Assembly (NCBI GenBank): GCA_963827685.1
Contig: CAWHBU010000002.1
Span: 704,001-768,000, forward strand
Direction: 5' to 3'
Length of the DNA: 64,000 nucleotides
Origin: an uncultured delta proteobacterium
Lineage (GTDB): Bacteria > Desulfobacterota > BSN033 > UBA1163
The stretch's first letter is position 1, and every line of letters begins with the position of its first letter. Below, piece after piece: positions 9,360 through 18,819 of the stretch. The notes below the pieces were generated by a model that did no database searches, was not told the origin of the DNA, and saw only the letters and a list, made by a program, of their open reading frames with translations. Made by a program: the position numbers and the translations under genes.

Positions 9360-9362
9360 CGA

Positions 9363-10160
9363 TTATTTTTTTAGTCCTTTTTTTAGACTATTCACATACC
9401 GCTCGAAGGATCGGAAGCCAATATCTCTCGGTCTTTTCCTTTCATCGCTAAAATATAGTGTAATTCGATTGTTCTTTTTTTCGTACACAAAATCACAGCC
9501 CTCAATGATATACCGCCCGCCGATATCCCCCGCTTCGAGTTTTCTTATAAGAAATTCCCACATCGAAAGACAGGTTTTCCTTTTGCTGTTCTGCCATGCA
9601 TACCTCACAAGCAGATTAAAGGCAGGCACCTTTTTTTCTTTCTTCCCCCCCCTTGCGGGTGCTGTCTTCGCCTTGATCCCCCTTACAATCATTTCATGGA
9701 GATTTGCCGAAACGGTAGCGAAGCACAACCTCAGCATATCGATTGCCGTTTGCTCGGCATCACCATTTAAAATATCTTTTCTTACCCTATGGACACAGAG
9801 AAAAACGTATGCAACATTTTGGAGTGCCATAGAGGTTAGAAGAGGCGAAAACAAGGAGGGGGAATCTTTCCGCTGTGGGTATAGGCGACTGAAATCTTTC
9901 ACATCAGAAGGGGTGCGCCACGCTTCTACTAGCTCCTCTGAGTAAAGGCCATTCTCTTCCAATATCTTTTTGGCTTCGTCTTCAAATTCTATGAGGAAAA
10001 ATTCAAGCGGTTTTAATTCTAAGTCTTGGTCTAAACAAAACGGAGACTCAAATAGCAAATTCTTAGTCCAATTATTGACTAAATCTATATCAAAATCGTT
10101 CCAACGATCAATTCGTTTTGGCTCGTTCTTCTTTCCGTCTGTCATCTCAGCCCCCTTCAA
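9363..10160 (-). CDS. Hypothetical protein between int and alpA (possible regulator)
   Basis: 265-aa ORF, basic C-terminus; assignment by position only. Confidence 0.65.
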   Translation of the reverse strand: MKGAEMTDGKKNEPKRIDRWNDFDIDLVNNWTKNLLFESPFCLDQDLELKPLEFFLIEFEDEAKKILEENGLYSEELVEAWRTPSDVKDFSRLYPQRKDSPSLFSPLLTSMALQNVAYVFLCVHRVRKDILNGDAEQTAIDMLRLCFATVSANLHEMIVRGIKAKTAPARGGKKEKKVPAFNLLVRYAWQNSKRKTCLSMWEFLIRKLEAGDIGGRYIIEGCDFVYEKKNNRITLYFSDERKRPRDIGFRSFERYVNSLKKGLKK

Positions 10161-10240
10161 GCTGCCCCTGTGTGTTTAGGGAAAAACGGGGTAGCATTCC
10201 TCGCTTATCGACCAGCTGTGATTATTTCCCCGTTTCTGAT

Positions 10241-11443
10241 CTAACGATTTCCTCTCAACGTAGCCACCTTGCTTTTTCTCCTGGCCTGCCGGATCCCCTT
10301 TTCAAATTCCTTCACGTCATTGGTTAGTCGTTCATCAGATAAGTGGCTGTATCGTTCCGTTAACTGACTGCTTCTATGGCCTAAAAGTTTTTGGACGTCA
10401 TACAGCCCGATCCCCCGGTCCACAAGCCAGCTCGCGTAGGTGTGTCGAAGCGAGTGGAAAGTCAATTTCTGTCGGCTGTCAGTAACCCCTTCATTCAGCT
10501 TACGGTCATCGATAACAGCCGCGAATATCTTGGAAGGGCGTTTCATCTTGTTTCCGTTGGGATCTGTAAAAAGCAAGTCCTCTCTGTTCCCTCTTATGCC
10601 AGCAAGAACCTTCCGGACCTCTTCTGTCATCCTGCCATATCGGGGAAACCCCCCTTTGCTGCTCCTGATCCCGATAAGTCCTCTACGAATGTCAATATCC
10701 GCGCCCCGAAGATTGGCAATCTCTCCAAACCTCAAACCACAATGAAGGGAGATCAAGGCGATCTGCCAAAGGGTCTGGTTTCGATTCCGTAACTCATTTA
10801 GGAACTGATCGGCTTCCTCATGTGTGAAATACCTGACTCGTTTGTTGTCAAACCGATCAAGACGGATCTTTTTTGTCGGACAATCCTCGGAGACGATCCC
10901 CTTTTCCTTGGCATCATTCCAAACCCGGCGAATCGTGGAAAAGACATATTGGATCATCCGCGGGGACCTTCCAGCGGTCAGCATATTCGTCTTAATCTTC
11001 TCAAGCTCAAGGACTCCGATCTCAATGAAGGGTAGGGCACCTATCATCGGCTTTATCCAATTTTCATAATGCGATTTTTTCTCTTTCGTCTCTCTCGGTT
11101 TTTCAATGGCTGCCAGCGGAACAAAGGTATCGATGAAGTAGTCACCGAAAGTGACACCTTGCTTCTCTTGTCTTTCTCTTTCTGCCCTGGCAACCTCTCG
11201 TTTCTCCAAAAGGGTCACAGGCTCCCCGGTCCCCTTCCTGTAAGCCTCTTGAAGTTCTGCAAGCTGGAGCCCTGCTTTCTGTGCCGTCCATCCCTTACTG
11301 GCCCATCCCAATGCCTCTTCAATTCTCCTACCATCGACGCGGTAACGAATAGAGAAGTATCGATCCTTAACAATGCCGTGCTTTCTTGTTGGGTGTTCGC
11401 GATACCTCACACCTTCGAATTCTGTTGAGATCCAACTTGACAT
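10241..11443 (-). CDS. Tyrosine recombinase / phage integrase
   Basis: CGLRFGEI (R), SKGG (K), FHSLRHT (HxxR), LLGH, TERY (Y). Confidence 0.95.
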   Translation of the reverse strand: MSSWISTEFEGVRYREHPTRKHGIVKDRYFSIRYRVDGRRIEEALGWASKGWTAQKAGLQLAELQEAYRKGTGEPVTLLEKREVARAERERQEKQGVTFGDYFIDTFVPLAAIEKPRETKEKKSHYENWIKPMIGALPFIEIGVLELEKIKTNMLTAGRSPRMIQYVFSTIRRVWNDAKEKGIVSEDCPTKKIRLDRFDNKRVRYFTHEEADQFLNELRNRNQTLWQIALISLHCGLRFGEIANLRGADIDIRRGLIGIRSSKGGFPRYGRMTEEVRKVLAGIRGNREDLLFTDPNGNKMKRPSKIFAAVIDDRKLNEGVTDSRQKLTFHSLRHTYASWLVDRGIGLYDVQKLLGHRSSQLTERYSHLSDERLTNDVKEFEKGIRQARRKSKVATLRGNR

Positions 11444-11482
11444 AAGATCACCCCCTCTTATATGATTTGCTGGTCGGGGAAT

Positions 11483-11604
11483 TGTCCCCCAGCGTGTCCC
11501 CCGGAGAGGTTAGGGACACGGATATTTAAATCCGTTGCTTCTTCATGCAAAATTATGGAACACGGATTCTTATCTGTGTAATTTTTGTCCCCCACCTGTC
11601 CCCC
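11483..11604. repeat. Integrase arm-type sites: two pairs of TGTCCCCC direct repeats
   Basis: TGTCCCCC at 11483, 11495, 11586, 11597, plus an inverted GGGACA at 11513. Confidence 0.7.
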
Positions 11605-11732
11605 AAAAAGCCCATGAAACAAAAGGTAGCAAAAGGAACTCATGGGAAGGATATTATCAACTAAATTATTGAATGTCAAGGAAAATATTGCAATAAAAGG
11701 AAGTTATAGGAATTTATAGGAAGGTGGTCAAA

Positions 11733-11779
11733 ACGGATTTCTAATCCGTGTGCCGCGTGTTCGAGTCACGCCAGGGGCG
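11733..11779 (+). tRNA. 3' half only of tRNA-Arg(TCT); att core of the integrated element, not a functional tRNA
   Basis: Anticodon arm ACGGA-TTTCTAA-TCCGT, T-arm GCGTG-TTCGAGT-CACGC, acceptor 3' strand CAGGGGC-G; no matching 5' GCCCCTG or D-arm upstream. Confidence 0.8.
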
Positions 11780-11802
11780 CTTTCCTTCTCTAGAAAAGAA
11801 AG

Positions 11803-13047
11803 ATGAAGGCTGAAGTCATTGCCATTGGATCAGAGCTTCTTCTCGGTCAAATCATCGATACAAACTCTTCTTACATTGCTAAACGCCTTGCAGAAAATGG
11901 GATTGAACTTGTTCAAACTGCAACGGTTGGAGACGATCTCCAGCGAATGAAAGAGGTAATCAGAGAAGCGATCAATCGATCTCAGATCGTCATCACCACT
12001 GGTGGCATCGGTCCCACGGAAGACGATCGCACCCGGGAAGCCATAGCTGAAGTTACCCAACGTCCTCTCACCTTTCAGCCTCATTTGATGGAACAGATTG
12101 AAACCCTCTTCAAAAAGAGGGGGTTTCGAATGGCTGAGAGCAATCGGAAACAGGCCTATATTCCCGGAGGGGCTATTCCCATTGAAAACCCCAAAGGAAC
12201 GGCTCCTGGGTTCATTGCAGAAACGTCAGATGGAGCCATCATTTCCATCCCGGGCGTCCCTTTCGAGATGGAACATTTAATGGAAAATACAGTCATCCCT
12301 TATCTTCGGAAACGATTTCATATCAGACATCAGGTTATCCAGTATAAGGTCTTGCGTGCCTGTGGCCTTGGAGAGAGCGCTATCGGCCTTCAGATCAAAG
12401 ATCTGATGAAGGAGACTACCAATCCTTCAATCGGGACACTCGCCTCAATGGGGGACATTAGGGTAAGAATCACAGCCAAAGCCGAAAATCTCGAAGAAGC
12501 CTCAAACCTGATACAACATATGGAAAAGGAAATCAGAAATCGACTCGGCATTCTGATCTATGGTGTGGATACCGAAACCCTACATGGAAATGTCGCAAAG
12601 GAATTGGAGAGGTTAACCCTCACATTATCTGTGGTTGAAACCTTCACAGGAGGAATCGTCTCTCAGAAATTGACGAGTACGGAGAGTAACTCTTTCATTC
12701 AAGGGGTAGTTCTCCCATCCGAAAATTCCCAAAGACAGTTTCTTAATCTGTCCTTGAAGGAATTCAACTCTCTCAGGAAAAATTCAAAAGGGTTTTCTGA
12801 TTTATTAGCTCAAAAATCTCGGAATGAGTTTAAGACGGATTTAGGGCTTGCCATGTTTGGAAAGATAGTGGAGAAACAAGGAGAGGGAGAATATCGAATC
12901 GAAACCTATTATTCCCTTTCAACTTCTGGCGGAATAGAAAACCAAGAATACTCAATGGGTGGTGAACTGTGGATGGTCCGAGAAAGGGCATCCATTATTG
13001 CGGTCGATTTCTTGCGAAAATACCTTCTTAAGATGAAAGACATTTAA
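11803..13047 (+). CDS. cinA: CinA-family competence/damage-inducible protein (MoCF-like plus CinA domain)
   Basis: AIGSELLLGQIIDTN, TTGGIGPTEDD.TRE, NPKGTAPG, PGVP.EM; the C-terminal CinA domain looks divergent. Confidence 0.9.
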   Translation: MKAEVIAIGSELLLGQIIDTNSSYIAKRLAENGIELVQTATVGDDLQRMKEVIREAINRSQIVITTGGIGPTEDDRTREAIAEVTQRPLTFQPHLMEQIETLFKKRGFRMAESNRKQAYIPGGAIPIENPKGTAPGFIAETSDGAIISIPGVPFEMEHLMENTVIPYLRKRFHIRHQVIQYKVLRACGLGESAIGLQIKDLMKETTNPSIGTLASMGDIRVRITAKAENLEEASNLIQHMEKEIRNRLGILIYGVDTETLHGNVAKELERLTLTLSVVETFTGGIVSQKLTSTESNSFIQGVVLPSENSQRQFLNLSLKEFNSLRKNSKGFSDLLAQKSRNEFKTDLGLAMFGKIVEKQGEGEYRIETYYSLSTSGGIENQEYSMGGELWMVRERASIIAVDFLRKYLLKMKDI

Positions 13048-13059
13048 GTCCGAAGCACT

Positions 13060-13124
13060 GTGAGAGCGTGAGGCGCAAGTCGCAAGGGGTTTGTACCCCT
13101 TACCCCTAACGCCTTACTCCTTAC
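13060..13124. repeat. Inverted heptamer-type array nested within a second degenerate inverted repeat
   Basis: GTGAGAGCGTGAGGCGCAAGTCGCAAGGGGT / ACCCCTTACCCCTAACGCCTTACTCCTTAC; outer AAGTCCGAA..TTCGGATTT. Confidence 0.55.
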
Positions 13125-13222
13125 GAATGAAAATTTCGATATTCGGATTTCGAATTTTGGAGAATACATTCGCCTGAACGGAGCTAAGAGTTTATCCACC
13201 AAAGTTGAAAGGATAGAAGACG

Positions 13223-13666
13223 ATGGCTCGTAAAACCATTCAGTGTCCAACATGTAAAAAAGAAATTGAAGTTTACCAAAACCCTATCCCTACAGTTGAT
13301 ATTATCATCGAGATGGAGTCAAAGGAAATTGTTCTGATCAAGCGTAAGAACCCACCTTATGGTTGGGCCATCCCAGGAGGTTTTGTAGACTACGGGGAAT
13401 CTTTGGAAAAAGCTGCTGTCAGGGAAGCAAAGGAAGAAACCAACCTGGATGTGAAACTAATCAGACAATTTCACACTTATTCAGATCCAAAAAGAGATCC
13501 AAGACATCACAGCATTTCAACGGTTTATATTGCAAAAGCTAATGGAATACCTCAAGCTAAGGATGACGCACTTGAAATTGGGACCTTTAATGAATCGAAC
13601 CTCCCGGAAGAAATCGCTTTCGACCACCGCTCTATCCTGAAGGATTATTTCAAACGAGTTTTTTGA
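13223..13666 (+). CDS. NUDIX hydrolase (ADP-ribose pyrophosphatase-like)
   Basis: Nudix box [24 protein letters not shown]; RDPR, AFDH. Confidence 0.92.
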   Translation: MARKTIQCPTCKKEIEVYQNPIPTVDIIIEMESKEIVLIKRKNPPYGWAIPGGFVDYGESLEKAAVREAKEETNLDVKLIRQFHTYSDPKRDPRHHSISTVYIAKANGIPQAKDDALEIGTFNESNLPEEIAFDHRSILKDYFKRVF

Positions 13667-14846
13667 GGGCCTCCTCAAGTCGATCTAATCCTGCTTTGAT
13701 ACCCTCCATAGAAGTCGCATAGGAAAGCCTCTCAAAGGGATCGACTCCGAATTCAACTCCTGGAACAACAGCCACTCTTGCCACGTCCAAAAAGAAATCA
13801 GCCAGGTGCGTGGAGTTCTCAATCTTCTTCCCCTGGTAAGACTTCCCGTAATATGAAGAAAAGTTTGGAAAAACATAGAAGGCACCCACAGGCTTATAAC
13901 AAGAGACCCCTGACATCTTGTTTAAACGATCCACAATATAGTTTCGTCTTTGAGCAAAGGCAGAAACCATCTTTTCCACTTCACTCTGTGGACCGATGAG
14001 GGCCTCTACAGAGGCCTTCTGGGCAATGGAAGTGGGGTTTGAGGTGCTTTGGCTCTGGATATTGTTCATAGCTGAAATAATCTCTTCGGACCCTGCGGTA
14101 TAGCCAATTCTCCAGCCAGTCATGGCATAGGTTTTCGCAACTCCATGGACAATGATCGTTCTTTTCTTAATCTCCTCATTGAGAGAAGCAATGCTTGTAA
14201 ATTTAAAACTATCGTAGACAATCTTTTCATAGATCTCATCCGAGATAACAAAAAAGTTTTTTGAAAGTGCAATTTCGGCAATCTTTTCCAATTCTTTCTT
14301 GGTATAAGCACTTCCCGTAGGATTGGATGGGCTATTGATGATCAAGGCTTTGGTTTTCGGTGTTATGGCCTTTTTCAAAGCCTCTGGTGTGATCTTAAAC
14401 TCATTCTTCTCCGTCGTTTCGACAATAACCGGTGTGGCGTTTGCCAGTGACACCATGGGAGGATAGGAAACCCAGTAGGGGGCTGGGATGATCACTTCAT
14501 CCCCCTGATCGAAGATAGCTTGGGCCAGATTGTAAAAGGAATGTTTGCCCCCGCATGAAACCAGGATTTCAGACCTTTTATAGGATAAACCGCTATCTCT
14601 TTGGAATTTCTTGATGATTGCGTCTTTTAACTCATCAATGCCTCCAACAGGTGTATACTTTGTGAAGCCTTCGTCAAGAGCTTTCTTCGCAGCCTGTTTG
14701 ATGTTTTCGGGAGTATCAAAATCTGGTTCCCCCGCACCAAAACTGATGACATGGATGCCCTGAGCTTGCATCGACTTTGCTTTGGCGTTGATGGCAAGGG
14801 TAGGGGAGGGTTTTAAGCTTTTCGCGCGATTAGAAAGAACAGACAT
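13650..14846 (-). CDS. aspC: PLP-dependent class I/II aminotransferase (aspartate aminotransferase)
   Basis: [29 protein letters not shown]. Confidence 0.9.
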   Translation of the reverse strand: MSVLSNRAKSLKPSPTLAINAKAKSMQAQGIHVISFGAGEPDFDTPENIKQAAKKALDEGFTKYTPVGGIDELKDAIIKKFQRDSGLSYKRSEILVSCGGKHSFYNLAQAIFDQGDEVIIPAPYWVSYPPMVSLANATPVIVETTEKNEFKITPEALKKAITPKTKALIINSPSNPTGSAYTKKELEKIAEIALSKNFFVISDEIYEKIVYDSFKFTSIASLNEEIKKRTIIVHGVAKTYAMTGWRIGYTAGSEEIISAMNNIQSQSTSNPTSIAQKASVEALIGPQSEVEKMVSAFAQRRNYIVDRLNKMSGVSCYKPVGAFYVFPNFSSYYGKSYQGKKIENSTHLADFFLDVARVAVVPGVEFGVDPFERLSYATSMEGIKAGLDRLEEALKKLV

Positions 14847-14848
14847 TT

Positions 14849-15826
14849 CTACACCTCCTTGAATAGGATTTCTGAAATTTTATTAATCCTTTCGACGCCT
14901 TTGATCTCCTGTGGCATAAGAGGGAGCTCTATTAACCCAATCCTGTGAGAATATTGATTTTCCAATATCTGAATGTAATGCTGCTGCATTTCTTTTCTAA
15001 GCTTATGAAAATTGCAATCTGCCTCCTGAATGATATAGTTAATGATTAAATGGTTAACCTTAAGTTGATATTCATCAAAATCTTTGATGATCCTCTCTGT
15101 CTGTCTTACGCCGAGAGCTTCGGGTATGGTCACAATGATAAAGTCAGATTTTTGAGGATCTCGAATAAAATTGACAACTTTTTCTGCCAAATCCTCCCAT
15201 CCGCTAATAATTTCTAATAGAGATCTCTTGCCCTTTTTTAACTTCACACTTTCCTTTAACTTTTCAAAATAACTATATAGATTCATATAAAATTTTGTAG
15301 CAGCTTCAAGGTGTTTGAGAAATATCTGGGGAAGATGGAGCAGCCTCAGGGTGTGACCGGCAGGGGCTGTGTCCCAAACAACTAAATCATATTGGGCACC
15401 CTCGACCAACTCCAGAATGTAACTGAGCATGTATTCCTCTTCAATGCCGGGTGCCCCGCCGATATAATCAACAAAATCATAATCAAGTGAGGTAAAGGAT
15501 GAAACGACCTCATAGATTTCTGGCCCAAACCGTTCCTTCCATTTTTTCAAGACCACATCAGAACTGATCTCAATTCCAAATAAGCCCTTCGTATTTTTAA
15601 TAGGGGTTTCTCGATCACCGATCTCCATTTCAAAAATGTCTGAAAGGGAAGGGGTAGGGTCACTTGAAATGATCAAAGTCTTTTTCCCATGAAGGGAGAA
15701 ATGGAGGGCGATTGCAGAGGCACAGGTGGTCTTTCCCACACCTCCTTTTCCCCCGATCATAATCAAGCGCTTTTGTTCTCTGTCCAGGCGTTTTAATGAA
15801 GGGTTCATCACCGCCTCTAAAGGCAT
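14849..15826 (-). CDS. ArsA/Get3-family ATPase, single domain
   Basis: GKGGVGKTT, SSDPTPSLSD, PGIEE, DTAPAGHTLRLL. Confidence 0.9.
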   Translation of the reverse strand: MPLEAVMNPSLKRLDREQKRLIMIGGKGGVGKTTCASAIALHFSLHGKKTLIISSDPTPSLSDIFEMEIGDRETPIKNTKGLFGIEISSDVVLKKWKERFGPEIYEVVSSFTSLDYDFVDYIGGAPGIEEEYMLSYILELVEGAQYDLVVWDTAPAGHTLRLLHLPQIFLKHLEAATKFYMNLYSYFEKLKESVKLKKGKRSLLEIISGWEDLAEKVVNFIRDPQKSDFIIVTIPEALGVRQTERIIKDFDEYQLKVNHLIINYIIQEADCNFHKLRKEMQQHYIQILENQYSHRIGLIELPLMPQEIKGVERINKISEILFKEV

Positions 15827-15908
15827 TGATTTTAAAGATATTAAACTTTATAATAAATAATCTGTTTGGTCAAGATATTACATTTTGGTACACTTTTGGA
15901 GGAAAGTC

Positions 15909-16139
15909 TTGGCATTGGGAATGATCGAAATCGATTCGGAATTGTGTAAAGACTGTAAATTATGCATTTCTGTCTGTCCTCATCGATTAATAGAATCCTC
16001 TGATCGAATGAATCAAAAGGGTTATTACTCTGCCTTTTTTGTTGAAACACATTTGAAAAAAGAAGGCAGAAAATGCACAGGATGTGGTCTCTGCGCCATT
16101 TCATGTCCTGAAATTGCCATTGAGGTGTATCGTGCCTAA
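15909..16139 (+). CDS. 2-oxoacid:ferredoxin oxidoreductase delta subunit (2x[4Fe-4S] ferredoxin)
   Basis: CKDCKLCISVCP and CTGCGLCAISCP; TTG start after GGAGG. Confidence 0.9.
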   Translation: MALGMIEIDSELCKDCKLCISVCPHRLIESSDRMNQKGYYSAFFVETHLKKEGRKCTGCGLCAISCPEIAIEVYRA

Positions 16140-17202
16140 AGTTTTGATGCGCGGGAATCATGCCCTCGCCGAATCAGCCGTCCGTGCAGGTTGCCGATTT
16201 TATTTTGGATACCCTATCACCCCCCAGAATGAGGTCCCTGAATATATGTCCGAGAGGCTATCCAAATTGGAGGGGGGGGTGTTCATCCAGGCCGAAAGCG
16301 AGATCGCCTCAATCCATATGGTCATCGGTGCCAGCATGGCTGGAGGAAGAGCAATGACTTCCTCTTCAAGTCCTGGAATTAGCCTCAAACAAGAAGGTAT
16401 TTCTTTTCTCTCTGCTTTAGAGTTACCGGCAGTCATCGTCAACATGACTCGGGGAGGCCCAGGCCTGGGCAACATCGCTCCGGCCCAATCTGATTATTTT
16501 CAGGCCACAAGAGGAGGAGGGCATGGGGATTATCGAACTATTGTTCTTGCCCCCAACTCTTGCCAAGAGCTTGCCAATTTAACCTATGAAGCATTCGATC
16601 TCGCTGATAAATACAGGAACCCTGTTATTATCCTTGGCGACGGCATGCTCGGACAGATGATGGAGCCTGTTGAGTTACCACCTGAGGTTCAGATAAAGAA
16701 GTTGCCCCATAAAGATTGGACCCTGACAGGCGCCAAAGGAAGGCCAAGCCGATTTCTGCGATCACTTCTCTTAGACCCGATTGAAGAAGAGGAGCATAAC
16801 TGGAAATTGATGAGGAAATATGAAAGGATCATCAAAGAGGAGGTGAGATGGGAAGCCTCCTTTGCCGACGACGCTAAATTGATGGTGGTCGCCTTCGGGA
16901 TCGCAGCGAGAATTGCCAAAGGGGCGATCAAGAGGATGCGGGATGAGGGGCTGAAAGTGGGGCTCATCCGACCCATTTCTCTTTGGCCTTTTCCTTATAA
17001 GGCCATCAAGGAGTTTACGAAAAAGGTAAGGCACTTTTTTGTATTTGAAATGAATATGGGGCAGATGTTGGAGGACGTCAAGTTAGCACTCGAAGGAAAC
17101 GGAGAGATTCATTTCTATGGTAGACCGGGGGGAACCATTCTTACTCCCTTAGAAATTTCAAGGGTCATCTCGAGCTATTACTATCAGAAGAAATTAGGAT
17201 AG
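16132..17202 (+). CDS. vorB: 2-oxoacid:ferredoxin oxidoreductase alpha subunit (VorB-like)
   Basis: GYPITPQ, QAESE, TSSSSPGISLKQE, RGGPGLG; GTG start at 16132. Confidence 0.88.
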   Translation: MPKVLMRGNHALAESAVRAGCRFYFGYPITPQNEVPEYMSERLSKLEGGVFIQAESEIASIHMVIGASMAGGRAMTSSSSPGISLKQEGISFLSALELPAVIVNMTRGGPGLGNIAPAQSDYFQATRGGGHGDYRTIVLAPNSCQELANLTYEAFDLADKYRNPVIILGDGMLGQMMEPVELPPEVQIKKLPHKDWTLTGAKGRPSRFLRSLLLDPIEEEEHNWKLMRKYERIIKEEVRWEASFADDAKLMVVAFGIAARIAKGAIKRMRDEGLKVGLIRPISLWPFPYKAIKEFTKKVRHFFVFEMNMGQMLEDVKLALEGNGEIHFYGRPGGTILTPLEISRVISSYYYQKKLG

Positions 17203-17204
17203 GC

Positions 17205-17413
17205 CCAGCCGCTGCATAAAAAAATTCTAAAAGGCTGTTGGGTGTGGTGGAGAAGCTGTACAGCGGGACCTTTTAGCAGTTTGCTACCGTGTTTCCAAGC
17301 AAATTGCAGAGGTCACACTAGGTGATATCGCATGTTACCCATAAAACATATTAAAGAACCGCTTGGTAGAGGTTTGGAAGCAAACCCAACTGCCTTTTCG
17401 ATGCAACATCTGG
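17205..17413. repeat. About 210-bp MITE-like insert between the alpha and beta subunit genes
   Basis: Terminal imperfect inverted repeat CCAGccGcTGCATaaAAAA vs reverse complement CCAGatGtTGCATcgAAAA; GGATAG at both flanks. Confidence 0.45.
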
Positions 17414-17432
17414 ATAGAAAGGGACAATAGTA

Positions 17433-18191
17433 ATGAAAAAGGTATTTTCAAGACCGAAATCTCTCAAAAGAACTCCCTTTCACTATTGTCCAGGATGCGG
17501 GCATAGTCTCCTGCATCGAATCATTGGAGAGGTCATCGATGAGATGAACCTTCAAGAAAGAATCATTGGTATTCCCCCAGCAGGGTGTGCAGTGTTGGCA
17601 TATTTCTATTTTGACATTGACATGGGAGAGGCATCCCACGGAAGAGGAGCGGCTTTGGCTACAGGGATGAAAAGGGCGTTGCCGGATCGGGTCGTTTTTA
17701 CCTATCAAGGGGATGGGGATATTGCTGCCATCGGCACAGCCGAAACCATTCATGCCGCTGCTCGAGGAGAGAACTTCTCAACCATCTTTGTTAACAATGG
17801 CGTCTATGGAATGACAGGCGGGCAGATGGCTCCGACAACGATATTAGGTCAACACACCACCACTTCGCCCGGGGGGAGAAAAGAAAAAAGAGATGGGTTT
17901 CCCGTCAATCTCAGCGAAATGCTTGCCGTAGCCAAGGGAAGTGCGTATATCGAGAGGACAGCCGTCAATAGCCCTGCTAACATTTTGAAGACGAAAAAGG
18001 CAATTGCGAAGGCTTTTCGTGTTCAACTGGAAGGATACGGGTTTTCGCTAATCGAGGTCCTATCTCCTTGCCCTACCAACTGGAAGATGGAGCCTGTAGA
18101 AGCCTGCAAATGGATCGATGAGGTGATGGCCGTCCATTTTCCTCTCGGAGTTCTAAAAGATACCACTGGGGATAGAAAAAATGCTCATTAA
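17433..18191 (+). CDS. 2-oxoacid:ferredoxin oxidoreductase beta (TPP-binding) subunit
   Basis: YCPGCGH, QGDGD..AIG, NNGVYGMTGGQ, SPCPTNW. Confidence 0.92.
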   Translation: MKKVFSRPKSLKRTPFHYCPGCGHSLLHRIIGEVIDEMNLQERIIGIPPAGCAVLAYFYFDIDMGEASHGRGAALATGMKRALPDRVVFTYQGDGDIAAIGTAETIHAAARGENFSTIFVNNGVYGMTGGQMAPTTILGQHTTTSPGGRKEKRDGFPVNLSEMLAVAKGSAYIERTAVNSPANILKTKKAIAKAFRVQLEGYGFSLIEVLSPCPTNWKMEPVEACKWIDEVMAVHFPLGVLKDTTGDRKNAH

Positions 18192-18717
18192 GACCGTTTT
18201 TTCCGGATTTGGCGGACAGGGGGTGATCATGATGGGGTACCTCCTGGCGGTAGCGGGTATGTATGAAGAGAAAAATGTCACCTGTTTACCCTCTTACGGA
18301 GCTGAGGTGCGAGGGGGGACCGCCAATTGTACCGTCGCCATCTCCACGGATGAAATTGCCTCGCCAGTTGCCTCGGAGCCTGAATTTGCTGTTTTAATGA
18401 ACAATCCTTCCTTATTTCGGTTTCAGAACCAGGTCCAATCAGGGGGAACCGTCTTTTTAAATTCGAGCATGATCGAGTCAAGGCCCGTCCGGGGGGATTT
18501 AGAGATTTTTGAAATTCCAGTCAATGACCTTGCCAAAAAATTCCCGGGAGATAAAGTGGCCAATATGATCATGTTGGGAGCCTTCGTCAAGAAGTCAGGT
18601 CTGGTTTCGTTCGACACGGTGGTTCATGTCCTGAAAGATACTTTTGGAAATCGAAATCCGGGGGTACTCAAATCAAATAAATCCGCCCTGCAATTGGGAT
18701 ACGACTATCTGCAGTGA
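18181..18717 (+). CDS. 2-oxoacid:ferredoxin oxidoreductase gamma subunit
   Basis: SGFGGQG, PSYGAEVRGG, NMIMLGA. Confidence 0.92.
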   Translation: MLIKTVFSGFGGQGVIMMGYLLAVAGMYEEKNVTCLPSYGAEVRGGTANCTVAISTDEIASPVASEPEFAVLMNNPSLFRFQNQVQSGGTVFLNSSMIESRPVRGDLEIFEIPVNDLAKKFPGDKVANMIMLGAFVKKSGLVSFDTVVHVLKDTFGNRNPGVLKSNKSALQLGYDYLQ

Positions 18718-18721
18718 TACC

Positions 18722-18795
18722 ATGGATGATGAACAATAAACGACGAACGAAGAAGGATATGGCGAAATGTTCATTGTTCACAGTGCATCGTTCAT
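18722..18795. repeat. Inverted heptamer arrays with no enclosed gene
   Basis: ATGGATG ATGAACA ATAAACG ACGAACG ... TGTTCAT TGTTCAC AGTGCAT CGTTCAT. Confidence 0.65.
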
Positions 18796-18819
18796 TGTCT
18801 AAGAGGGAGGAAGCGTGCC

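Larger units (their letters stand above)
3490..11779 (-). mobile_element. Integrated phage satellite / PICI-like element (core; left boundary not found and probably outside the window)
   Basis: Co-oriented int, hypothetical, alpA-like, primase fragment, rep ... terS; ends at a tRNA 3' fragment; no capsid, TerL or tail genes seen. Confidence 0.75.

Noticed and set aside
11700-11779. Intact tRNA-Arg gene
   Set aside because: No 5' acceptor strand or D-arm is present
14849-15826. Arsenic resistance operon
   Set aside because: Single-domain ArsA-like ATPase with no arsB, arsC, arsD or arsR nearby
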